Source: Eledone cirrhosa (taxonomy: Eukaryota). From it: a stretch of 64,000 nt of DNA. Made by a program: the position numbers and the translations under genes. The stretch lies in assembly GCA_964016885.1 (NCBI GenBank), contig OZ024745.1:29760001-29824000 (forward strand). The letters run 5' to 3'. Of the stretch, positions 15,001-27,197 are shown piece by piece. Numbering within the stretch: position 1 is the first letter of the stretch; every line of letters begins with the position of its first letter. The notes below the pieces were generated by a model. The model ran no database searches, was not told the origin of the DNA, and saw nothing but the letters and a program-made list of their open reading frames with translations.

Positions 15001-18000
15001 CATGGCACCAGTACTACTGCTTTACAGTGTGCACTGTGTGTGTTTTATCATGGCACCAGTACTACTGCTTTACTGTGTGCACTGCGTGTGTTTTATCATG
15101 GCACCAGTACTATGCTTTACAGTGTGCACTGTGCGTGTTTTATCATGGCACCAGTACTACTGCTTTACAGTGTGCACTGTGCGTGTTTTATCATGGCACC
15201 AGTACTACTGCTTTACAGTGTGCACTGTGTGTGTTTTATCATGGCACCAGTACTACTGCTTTTCAGTGTGCACTGTGTGTGTTTTATCATGGCACCAGTA
15301 CTACTGGTTTACAGTGTGCACTGTGTGTGTTTTATCATGGCACCAGTACTACTGCTTTACAGTGTGCACTGTGTGTGTTTTATCATGGCACCAGTACTAC
15401 TGCTTTTCAGTGTGCACTGTGTGTGTTTTATCATGGCACCAGTACTACTGCTTTACAGTGTGCACTGTGCGTGTTTTATCATGGCACCAGTACTACTGGT
15501 TTACAGTGTGCATTGTGTGTGTTTTATCATGACACCAGTACAACTGCTTTACAGTGTGCACTGTGCGTGTTTTATCATGGCACCAGTACTACTGGTTTAG
15601 AATGTGCACTGTGCGTGTTTTATCATGCCACCAGTACTACTGGTCTAGAGTGTGCACTCTGCGTGTTTTATCATGGCACCAGTACTACTGGTTTACAGTG
15701 TGCACTGTGTGTGTTTTATCATGGCACCTGTACTACTGCTTTACAGTGTGCACTGTGTGTGTTTTATCATGGCACCAGTACTACTGCTTTTCAGTGTGCA
15801 CTGTGTGTGTTTTATCATGGCACCAGTACTGCTGCTTTACAGTGTGCACTGTGTGTGTTTTATCATGGCACCAGTACTACTGCTTTACAGTGTGCACTGC
15901 GTGTGTTTTATCATGGCACCAGTACTACTGCTTTACAGTGTGCACTGTGCGTGTTTTATCATGGCACCAGTACTACTGGTTTAGAGTGTGCACTGTGCGT
16001 GTTTTATCATGGCACCAGTACTACTGCTTTACAGTGTGCACTGTGTGTTTTATCATGGCACCAGTACTACTGCTTTACAGTGTGCACTGTGTGTGTTTTA
16101 TCATGGCACCAGTACTACTGCTTTACAGTGTGCACTGTGTGTGTTTTATCATGGCACCAGTACTACTTCTTTACAGTGTGCACTGTGTGTGTTTTATCAT
16201 GGCACCAGTACTACTGCTTTACTGTGTGCACTGCGTGTGTTTTATTATGGCACCAGTACTACTGCTTTACAGTGTGCACTGTGCGTGTTTTATCATGGCA
16301 CCAGTACTACTGGTTTAGAGTGTGCACTGTGCGTGTTTTATCATGGCACCAGTACTACTGCTTTACAGTGTGCACTGTGTGTGTTTTATCATGGCACCAG
16401 TACTACTGCTTTTCAGTGTGCACTGTGTGTGTTTTATCATGGCACCAGTACTACTGGTTTACAGTGTGCACTGTGTGTGTTTTATCATGGCACCAGTACT
16501 ACTGCTTTACAGTGTGCACTGTGTGTGTTTTATCATGGCACCAGTACTACTGCTTTTCAGTGTGCACTGTGTGTGTTTTATCATGGCACCAGTACTACTG
16601 CTTTACAGTGTGCACTGTGTGTGTTTTATCATGGCACCAGTACTACTGGTTTACAGTGTGCACTGTGTGTGTTTTATCATGGCACCAGTACTACTGCTTT
16701 ACAGTGTGCACTGCGTGTATTTTATCATGGCACCAGTACTACTGCTTTACAGTGTGCACTGTGCGTGTTTTATCATGGCACCAGTACTACTGGTTTAGAG
16801 CGTGCACTGTGCGTGTTTTATCATGACACCAGTACTACTGCTTTACAGTGTGCACTGTGTGTGTTTTATCATGGCACCGGTACTACTGGTTTAGAGTGTG
16901 CACTGTGCGTGTTTTATCATGGCACCAGTACTACTGCTTTACAGTGTGCACTGTGTGTGTTTTATCATGGCACCAGTACTACTGCTTTACAGTGTGCACT
17001 GTGTGTGTTTTATCATAGCACCAGTACTACTGCTTTACAGTGTGCACTGCGTGTGTTTTATCATGGCACCAGTACTACTGGTTTAGAGTGTGCACTGTGC
17101 GTGTTTTATCATGGCACCAGTACTACTGGTTTAGAGTGTGCACTGTGCGTGTTTTATCATGGCACCAGTACTACTGCTTTACAGTGTGCACTGTGTGTGT
17201 TTTATCATGGCACCAGTACTACTGCTTTACAGTGTGCACTGTGTGTGTTTTATCATGGCACCAGTACTACTGGTTCACAGTGTGCACTGTGCGTGTTTTA
17301 TCATGGCACCAGTACTACTGCTTTTCAGTGTGCACTGAGTGTATTTTATCATGGCACCAGTACTACTGGTTTACAGTGTGCACTGTGTGTGTTTTATCAT
17401 GACACCAGTACAACTGCTTTACAGTGTGCACTGTGCGTGTTTTATCATGGCACCAGTACTACTGTTTTACAATGTGCACTGTGCGTGTTTTATCATGCCA
17501 CCAGTACTACTGGTTTAGAGTGTGCACTGTGCGTGTTTTATCATGGCACCAGTACTACTGGTTTACAGTGTGCACTGTGTGTGTTTTATCATGGCACCAG
17601 TACTACTGCTTTACAGTGTGCACTGTGTGTGTTTTATCATGGCACCAGTACTACTGCTTTTCAGTGTGCACTGTGTGTGTTTTATCATGGCACCAGTACT
17701 ACTGCTTTACAGTGTGCACTGTGTGTGTTTTATCATGGCACCAGTACTACTGCTTTACAGTGTGCACTGCGTGTGTTTTATCATGGCACCAGTACTACTG
17801 CTTTACAGTGTGCACTGTGCGTGTTTTATCATGGCACCAGTACTACTGGTTTAGAGTGTGCACTGAGCGTGTTTTATCATGGCACCAGTACTACTGCTTT
17901 ACAGTGTGCACTGTGTGTTTTATCATGGCACCAGTACTACTGCTTTACAGTGTGCACTGTGTGTGTTTTATCATGGCACCAGTACTACTGCTTTACAGTG

Positions 18001-21000
18001 TGCACTGTGTGTGTTTTATCATGGCACCAGTACTACTGCTTTACAGTGTGCACTGTGTGTGTTTTATCATGGCACCAGTACTACTGCTTTACTGTGTGCA
18101 CTGCGTGTGTTTTATCATGGCACCAGTACTACTGCTTTACAGTGTGCACTGTGCGTGTTTTATCATGGCACCAGTACTACTGGTTTAGAGTGTGCACTGT
18201 GCGTGTTTTATCATGGCACCAGTACTACTGCTTTACAGTGTGCACTGTGTGTGTTTTATCATGGCACCAGTACTACTGCTTTTCAGTGTGCACTGTGTGT
18301 GTTTTATCATGGCACCAGTACTACTGGTTTACAGTGTGCACTCTGTGTGTTTTATCATGGCACCAGTACTACTGCTTTTCAGTGTGCACTGTGTGTGTTT
18401 TATCATGGCACCAGTACTACTGCTTTACAGTGTGCACTGTGTGTGTTTTATCATGGCACCAGTACTACTGGTTTACAGTGTGCACTGTGTGTGTTTTATC
18501 ATGGCACCACTACTACTGCTTTACAGTGTGCACTGCGTGTATTTTATCATGGCACCAGTACTACTGCTTTACAGTGTGCACTGTGCGTGTTTTATCATGG
18601 CACCAGTACTACTGGTTTAGAGCGTGCACTGTGCGTGTTTTATCATGGCACCAGTACTACTGCTTTACAGTGTGCACTGTGTGTGTTTTATCATGGCACC
18701 AGTACTACTGCTTTACAGTGTGCACTGTGTGTGTTTTATCATGGCACCAGTACTACTGCTTTTCAGTGTGCACTGTGTGTGTTTTATCATGGCACCAGTA
18801 CTACTGGTTTACAGTGTGCACTGTGTGTGTTTTATCATGGCACCAGTACTACTGCTTTTCAGTGTGCACTGTGTGTGTTTTATCATGGCACCAGTACTAC
18901 TGCTTTACAGTGTGCACTGTGTGTGTTTTATCATGGCACCAGTACTACTGGTTTACAGTGTGCACTGTGTGTGTTTTATCATGGCATCAGTACTACTGCT
19001 TTACAGTGTGCACTGCGTGTGTTTTATCATGGCACCAGTACTACTGCTTTACAGTGTGCACTGTGCGTGTTTTATCATGGCACCAGTACTACTGGTTTAG
19101 AGTGTGCACTGTGCGTGTTTTATCATGGCACCAGTACTACTGCTTTACAGTGTGCACTGTGTGTGTTTTATCATGGCACCAGTACTACTGCTTTACAGTG
19201 TGCACTGTGTGTGTTTTATCATGGCACCAGTACTACTGCTTTACAGTGTGCACTGTGTGTGTTTTATCATGGCACCAGTACTACTGCTTTACAGTGTGCA
19301 CTGCGTGTGTTTTATCATGGCACCTGTACTACTGCTTTACAGTGTGCACTGCATGTGTTTTATCATGGCACCAGTACTACTGCTTTACAGTGTGCACTGT
19401 GCGTGTTTTATCATGGCACCAGTACTACTGGTTTAGAGTGTGCACTGTGCGTGTTTTATCATGGCACCAGTACTACTGCTTTACAGTGTGCACTGTGTGT
19501 GTTTTATCATGGCACCAGTACTACTGCTTTACAGTGTGCACTGTGTGTGTTTTATCATGGCACCAGTACTACTGCTTTACAGTGTGCATTGAGTGTGTTT
19601 TATTGTGACACCAACATTATCACTTTCCAGAGTGTAATGGGTGCAATTCTTCATAGGACTAGCACTAGAAAAGTTGCCATGTACTCAGCAAGATTGAATA
19701 GTTCTCTTTATTTTATATTGAGAGTTATTATTAACCCCTTATCTTAATACTATACTTTTTCTCAATACAATACATTATTCTTCCTACTTTCAGAAATGAT
19801 CCAGTGATTATGTTGCTGGAGTCACTATGGTAAGGTTATGAGTTAGATTCCTGGACTAGGCAGTGTGTTATGTTCTTGAGCAAAATGCTGTATTTCACAT
19901 AGCTTTTCATGATAGAATTTTGGGCTTCTATCATTAAAACATCCAAGAAACCTCCCATGAGGAGTAACCTCATAAAAAGTAGCCTCATAAGAAGCTAGCT
20001 AAACCTGCATAGGTGTGAGCTGTAACAACATCATAACTGCCCCCCCCCCCCCCCCCATCAATGAAACTCCCAAGAAACCTCCTATAAGATGCAATCTTGA
20101 AGAAAGCTAACTAAACATACATAAGTGTGAGCTGGGGACCCTATCATTAAAACACCCAAGAAACCTCCCATGAGATGCAATCTTGTAGAAAACCAACTAA
20201 ACCTATGTAAGTAGATCAGTAGAAAAAAGTGCAATAGATCATCCAACCATCTCAAGCAGGTAGCAAAAATGGCAGTGCTTGAATTTTTTTAATTTGAACA
20301 GTGCATAGCAACCAACCCTGACATCAAAGTGTTCTGGAAATATGTATATTCAAAGCAGAGGCCTAACTCTCCAGTTGGTCCTCTTTGCAATCCCCACTCA
20401 AGCTAGATTACTGATGATCCCAAATAATGCACAGAACTCATTGCTGAATGCTATGCAGACATTTTTACTGTTGAAAACCAAAACATACCATCTCCACCAC
20501 CTCTGACATCAAATTCTATAACTATGGAATTTACACATGCTGTGATGTCACCTTAAGAATAAGTGCAATTATGCCTCTCCTGGTCTTGATGATGTTACAT
20601 ATCTGCTTCTCAAATGTGGCAGGTACCTTCTTCTGCACCAGCTATCACTCTTCTTTCAATTCTGTCTTAACAACAGTGTTTCCCCAGAGAGGTGGGAAAC
20701 TGCCAGTATCATTCCTCTGTTCAAAAAGGGTGATCGCACATCGCCTGTCAACTATCGTCCAGTCAGTCTTACTAGCTACATCGCCAAACTGATGGAATCC
20801 TGTGTCAGAGAAACACTCTGAAACTTCTGGAATTCTCACAGCTTTATCTGGCCCTCACAATTTGGATTTATCCTGAACTCCAGCTGCTGATGGTGGCTCA
20901 TGGGTGGGTGGGCGTTTATTTTGATTTTGCTGAAGCTTTTAATTCTGTGCTACAATGGGTGTGAGAGATGATCTTTATAACTGGTTGAAGTCCTTCATTC

Positions 21001-24000
21001 TCAATCGAAAAGAGGTAGTCATGGTTCAAGGTCAGCATTCTTCATCCTATGAGATGTTATCTGGTGTACTGCAGGGATCTGTCCTTGGTCCCCTTTTGTT
21101 TGTTGCATACATTAATGACATAGATGCCAACTTAAAGAATGCCATAGCGCTGAAATATGCAGATGACATGAAGTTGCACCTTGAGATAAAAAGGACAGAT
21201 CCCGAACACTATCGATCTTTCCTGCAATCAGACCTGGACACAATGCAGCAATGGAACATGGACTAGCAACTCAAGCTGACTATGAGCAAGTGTACCACCA
21301 TGCATTTTGGGAGTAAAAACCCAGCATCCACATACTCCTTCCACAATACTAATCTCAAGAAGGCTTCTTTTGAATGTGACCTCAACATTACTGTCAGCAG
21401 CGATTTGTGTTGGACAAAGGACATCTCTAAAATTGTCAAAAAGGCCAAGGGTGTCTTAGCATTACTCAGTAAGACCTTTGTCAGCTGCTCTCCAGCTATC
21501 TATTTAAAGCTGTATATAGCTACGGTGTGACCATACTTAGTATTTGCATCACTAGTCTGGAACCCCTATCTTGCTCAGAATATTGACCTCCTGGAAACTG
21601 TTCAGAGACGTGCAACCAAGCGAATACCCTCTATCAGGCATCTACCATACTCTGAATGCCTTGCTTCCCTGGGCATGGATCCATTGAAGCTCCGACATCT
21701 GGCAACTGACTTGGTAAACACCCACAAAATTATTAACCATCTTGCCAACAACAACCCTGAGCACCTTTTTGAATTTCATGTGTCTAACACATGTGGGCAT
21801 GCCTACAAAGTCAGAAAACATTTTTTCATGCTCAAAGTTGCACTAGCATTAAACCTATATCAGTTGTTAGCTGTCAGGACACTGCATCCTTCAAAACCTC
21901 CATGCTTCCCAAAATTTGCCAACACTACACCTGATATTCCGCCTCCATACACATGCACGCATGTATCTCTATGTATATCATGTCTCATACTGTTTACTTT
22001 TCTGACATTTGTACATTATTCTATGTACTATACGTGCATCTTAGATGAGTTGTAGTGCACCTGAACACTGTACACAATAATTTCATTATATTATATTATA
22101 TTATATTATATAAGAATGAACTGTATATATATATAAGTATGAACTGTAACAACACGATAGGACTGGGGCCTCTATCATTAAAACACCTGAGATGCAATCT
22201 TGTAAGTGGCCAGCTAAACCTACATTTGTGTGAGCTGTAAATTACATTTTTTTCCTTTTTTATTTCATTTCAGCATGAGCACAGAAAAATCTGGTGCATT
22301 TTTGGGGGCTGTACAACATCAATGTGATGAACACTACAATGGTGATTTTTTGGCTCAGAATGGTAAGGCAACATTTGAGGTTGTGAATTAGCAGAATTTT
22401 TTAAATATCAAATGAAATGTTTTGCAGAATTTGTGTCAGTTAACTGTGCTCTGAGTTCAAATTCTGCTGAGGTCAACTTTGCCTTTCATTATGTCAACAT
22501 TGATAAAATCCAATGCTGGAGTTGATCCTCAACCCCTGCCCTTGCTGTCTTTCTCTAGGAGTAATTGGCTGTGCTCAGACATTGAGAGGGATGGGTTTTG
22601 TCAGGTTAAAAATGCTGACGATAGACCATATGTCATGATGGCATATACATAATTGTGTATGTGTGTGTGTATATATATATATATACACACACATATATAT
22701 ATATGTATGTAATGTATATACATATATATCATCAGCATCATCATCACCGTTTTACGTCCGTTCTTCCACGCTAGCATGGATTAGACGGGTTGTCCTGTTG
22801 TGGGCAGTGTTCAGTTGGCTGACATTGTCTTGCCCATACAGGAACTGATTCTGGCTTGATTTCTACAGCTGGATGCCCTTCCTAACACCAACCTCATTTA
22901 CAGTGAGTGCTGGGTGCTTTCTTTTTTTCCATGGCGCCTACATGTCCACTTTACAGTGTGGGCTGGGTGCTTTTTTGCCGAGGCACCTCCATGGCCACTT
23001 TGCAGGGTGGAGTGTGGGGGGGGGGGGGCATATTGTCTATATGCTTCAGTTTCGGCTTGTTCCTGTGGGAGGTCGGGTCTTCTGTATCACTGCGTGACAC
23101 CAGAGGTCACGGTCATGTGTCATTGCCCTTGAGAGGTGCAATTGGGCAAGGTCGGCCTTTATCATCTCATCCCAGGTCTTCTTGGGTCTCCCCACTCTGC
23201 GGCTTCCATTGACTTCTCGTGCTCTGCACCGTTTTATGCAGCTGTCATCCTTCATACGCATTACATGTCCATACCAACGTAACCTCCTCTCCTGCACACA
23301 GCATTTGATTCCTTTGATGCTCAGTCGCTCTCTCAATTCGTTTATACTTTGCCATTCGCGTATATTACTATTACATATCCATCGGAGCATGCAAGCTGCG
23401 TTTCTTTCCTAATCTACACAAGTCTTTTACAGACAGCGCCCAGGTCTCACTACCATGTAACATTGCTGTATACACACATCATACAGTCTGCCTTTCATTT
23501 TGAGGGGAAAGCCTTTTGCAGCTAACAGTGGCAGTAGCTCCCTGAACTTCTTCCATCCCGTTCTTACCCTAGTTATTGTACCTTCCGAACACCCACCTCT
23601 GCTGCTAATTCGGTCACCTAGGTAGCAGAAGCTGTCTACTGTTTCTACAGAGCCCTCCCAGAGTTTGGTGGTGCTTGTTTCCTGTGGTCGTTTGCTGCTT
23701 GCTGTCCCAGCGCAGCTGCTACATGTGAAGCCTACATTCTTAGTTAAACTTCCTGAGATCCCACTACATCTCTTGTGTACCCATTGTTTGCATTTGGGGC
23801 AGAGGATGGAGTTCCTACCTACACCTTTCCTACATACTGAGCAAGGCCATTTCCCTGAGGGGATCTGGGTTCTGTTTTCTCGTCTACTTACAAGAACCTT
23901 AGTTTTTGTCAGGTTGACTTTGAGACCCTTTCTTTCTAGTCCCTGCTTCTATGTTTGGAATTTCTTCTCTAGTTCCACCATGGATTCAGTGAGATCATCC

Positions 24001-24054
24001 ACATATAGGAGTTCCCATGGACATCCGGTCTTAAACTCCTCCGTTATTGCCTGC

Positions 24055-24090
<36 letters not shown>

Positions 24091-27000
24091 CAGTTACCAA
24101 GGTGATAGTACAAAAATTTACCATTGTTCGGTTTCTCTTATTAGTAACATAATAAGAAAAAGTTTTTTCATTTAACACATTCCGCTGAGACTGCTAACAT
24201 AGTGTATACTCATAATAGAGCAATTACACATTGAATAATCCTAGACCCTGGGGTTCCTGCAAGTGCACTGCACCAGCAGATGCAGTTTGCATCTGCTAGT
24301 TAACAGTAGCAGGATGAGGGAAATTTGCCTGCCAAAATTTCTGCAGTGCAGTGCTTCATCAGCAGATGTTTTTAAAATTCAAGAGAAATTAAGGTATCCC
24401 AGTGTCCATCTCCGTGCATGTGTGAAATTACTACTGTCTCAGCCAAAGTTGTTGGCAGCAAGTAGTGATGTCACGGATGGAAGAACGACCTTTCATTCAC
24501 CTAGGTGCTGTGTTGGGAGGAAAATTGAAATTAGGTATATTTTTTTTTAAATTGCCATTAGATCTCAACCATTCGGAAAATATATATATTTCATTTTTGT
24601 ATTTGTTTTGCAAGATTCTTGATGTGAAATTGAGTTGAAACAGATATTGTTATATTTGTGCCAATAAAAACACACTGCGTTTTATACATCTTATATTTTC
24701 CTTATTTATTTCCTCGGTGCTTAGTAAGTTCAAAGATTGAGCTTCACACATGTTTGTTTATATTTTCAGAAACTGTTTGATTTAGCTCCTTATTTAGATG
24801 GTAAGATATTGGCAGGGGTCCCTTAAATTAATAGTGAGAGTACTCAGCTGGTATCTGGGAGACATGAAGTTTGTTTCTTCGTAGCAGCCGTTGGCAACAT
24901 TTTTTCCATCTCTAATTGTCATACCTGATTTTTATAAGCTATTTCATAGCAACTGACTGTAATTGCAGTAATTTTCTGTTGAAGAGGGAGATGTGTGTGT
25001 GTCGACTTGTCTCGTTCATTGTCTTCCTTTATTTCTTTCTTCCTATCACTTCTATGTGCCAACACACTTCTCCTTATCCTCCTCCTCTCTTAATCCATTC
25101 TACATTTCATCTGCCTGTCATCCATCTTGTAGCTTTGTGCTTCTCTTTACTGACCACTAGCCACTGATTTCTGTCCTTTGAGGTATTTTACCCTATGCAG
25201 TCATTGACTGTTATAACAGCTATTCTTGCATTAAGTTTTCTCATTTTTCTATGAATTTCAAATACACTCACGCTTCGTCTCAATCTTTATATACTTATAT
25301 ATTTACACACACACACGCACATAAAATATATAATATTCTCTATTTGCAGTTATTGTGAAGATCCTGTACACAGATTATGAAAATCTTACCATTGTTTTTG
25401 CCTGTAGTCAGGTATTCACCAATGGTGAATGTGTGAAACCTATGGTCCACATACTTGGTAGAAAACCTCAACTGACTGTACACATACTTAATCTAACTGA
25501 ACCGGTCCTTCGTAAAGCTTGTATAGCCCCAGATAATCTCCTGATTATTGAGGACGTCTGTAAGTATTGTACTGCTACCTTCCTTTTCTTGTTGCTGCTG
25601 ATGGTGGTAGTAGTGGTGATGATGATGGTGATTGTGATGACAATGGTAATGATGGGGGTAATGAGGATGATGATATGCATATCAGGGAGCTACTACCACT
25701 GCCAGCTACAGAAGGTTTTTCCTTCAAATTTAAAGGCAGATTGTATGGCATTTGTGTATGAACTGTAATGTTTCATGGAAGTGAGACCTGGGCACTGTGT
25801 GCAGAGGACCTATGAAGACTGGAAAGAAATAATTGTTTCTACTTTTGGCACAATGCCAACAATTACCTAGTACATTACTGGTACTTTATTTTATCGACCC
25901 CGTAAGGATGAAAGGCAAAGTTAACCTCGGCGGGATTTGAACTCAGATCATAAAGGGACGTAACTCTATGCTTCAAAGCATGGCGTCCAACTCTCTACTG
26001 ATACTGCCAATCCACCAAGAAATAATGGATGTGTAATAGTAGTGTGCATGAATGGTGAAGTCTCAATGAACTGAAACTAAGCATAGAGGAGTCAGATCCA
26101 GTGTGCAAGAGAAGAGATTGAGGTGGTATTGACATGTGATATGTATGAAGGATGAAGCAGAGCACTTAAAGTTGACAGAAACTATGGAAGAGGAAGACCT
26201 AGAAAAACTTATGAAGTGATAAAAACTGACCTTGCACAATTAAATCTCAAAAAGGAGATGACCGGATTGAGACTCCTGGTGTCAAGCTGCACTGCACAAG
26301 ACTCGTCTTCCCATGTGTATAGGATGAAAGCATGTAGGGGACACTAGTCTGCACCAACCTTCTCTTTACTCTATCCCAGTTTTAATATCCACCCAATACT
26401 AACTAAATATCCCATGCTTTCATCCATGTCAAACTTGCTTACTTGTTCCCTCCCAAACCTTCACTCCTCACATGGGATACTGACCACCAAGAGGCCGAGG
26501 GGTTTGTATCCTGTTTACGTATGGTCATATCAAGTGCAGATGAGTTGTGTCTTTTGAGAGAAATTGAAGGGTCCTCCTCATTCCTTGTTTGGCAAACATT
26601 CTATGGCTGGATGCCCTTCCTAACACCAACCACATTACAGCTTGTACTGAATGCTTTTATGATGTAAATCAACAGCACTAAGGAAACTGTCATGTCCTTG
26701 ACACAACTAAAGGGTCCTCCCAACTCTCTGTCCGGCAAGCTTTCTATGGCTGGATGCTCTTCCTATCAACAACCACTTTACAGTGTGTACTGGGTGTGTT
26801 TATCATACAGATCACCAACACTAGACAGGTTGGTGTGTCTTTGACACAACTAAACTATCCTCTCAACCTTTTTAGACATTGTATCTTCAGCAGGGTGCCC
26901 TTTCTGTCACCAACCCCTCTTACAGACTGTACCAGGTGCATTTTTGTGGCTTCATCGCTAGAGAAATTGTTGGCCTTAGACTTAACTGTAGAGCCCTCTC

Positions 27001-27160
27001 AGCTCTGGGGAGGTGGGGCAATTGGGAATGGAGATAGGTATAAGTGTATGAGTAAAGCGTGGAGGTGGCAAATTAGTGTATGGGGATATAGTGGTGTGAG
27101 GGCTGGGGTCAATTTGGTTGTGTGGGGTGGGCTGATGGAGAGATAGGTAAAGGGTAAAGG

Positions 27161-27197
<37 letters not shown>

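Noticed and set aside
11489-19747. Very long repetitive ORFs (up to 1206 aa, Cys/Thr-rich) and a CRISPR-like look
   Set aside because: A 48-bp unit without stops opens all three frames, and indels switch frames freely. There are no unique spacers. It is an intronic satellite.
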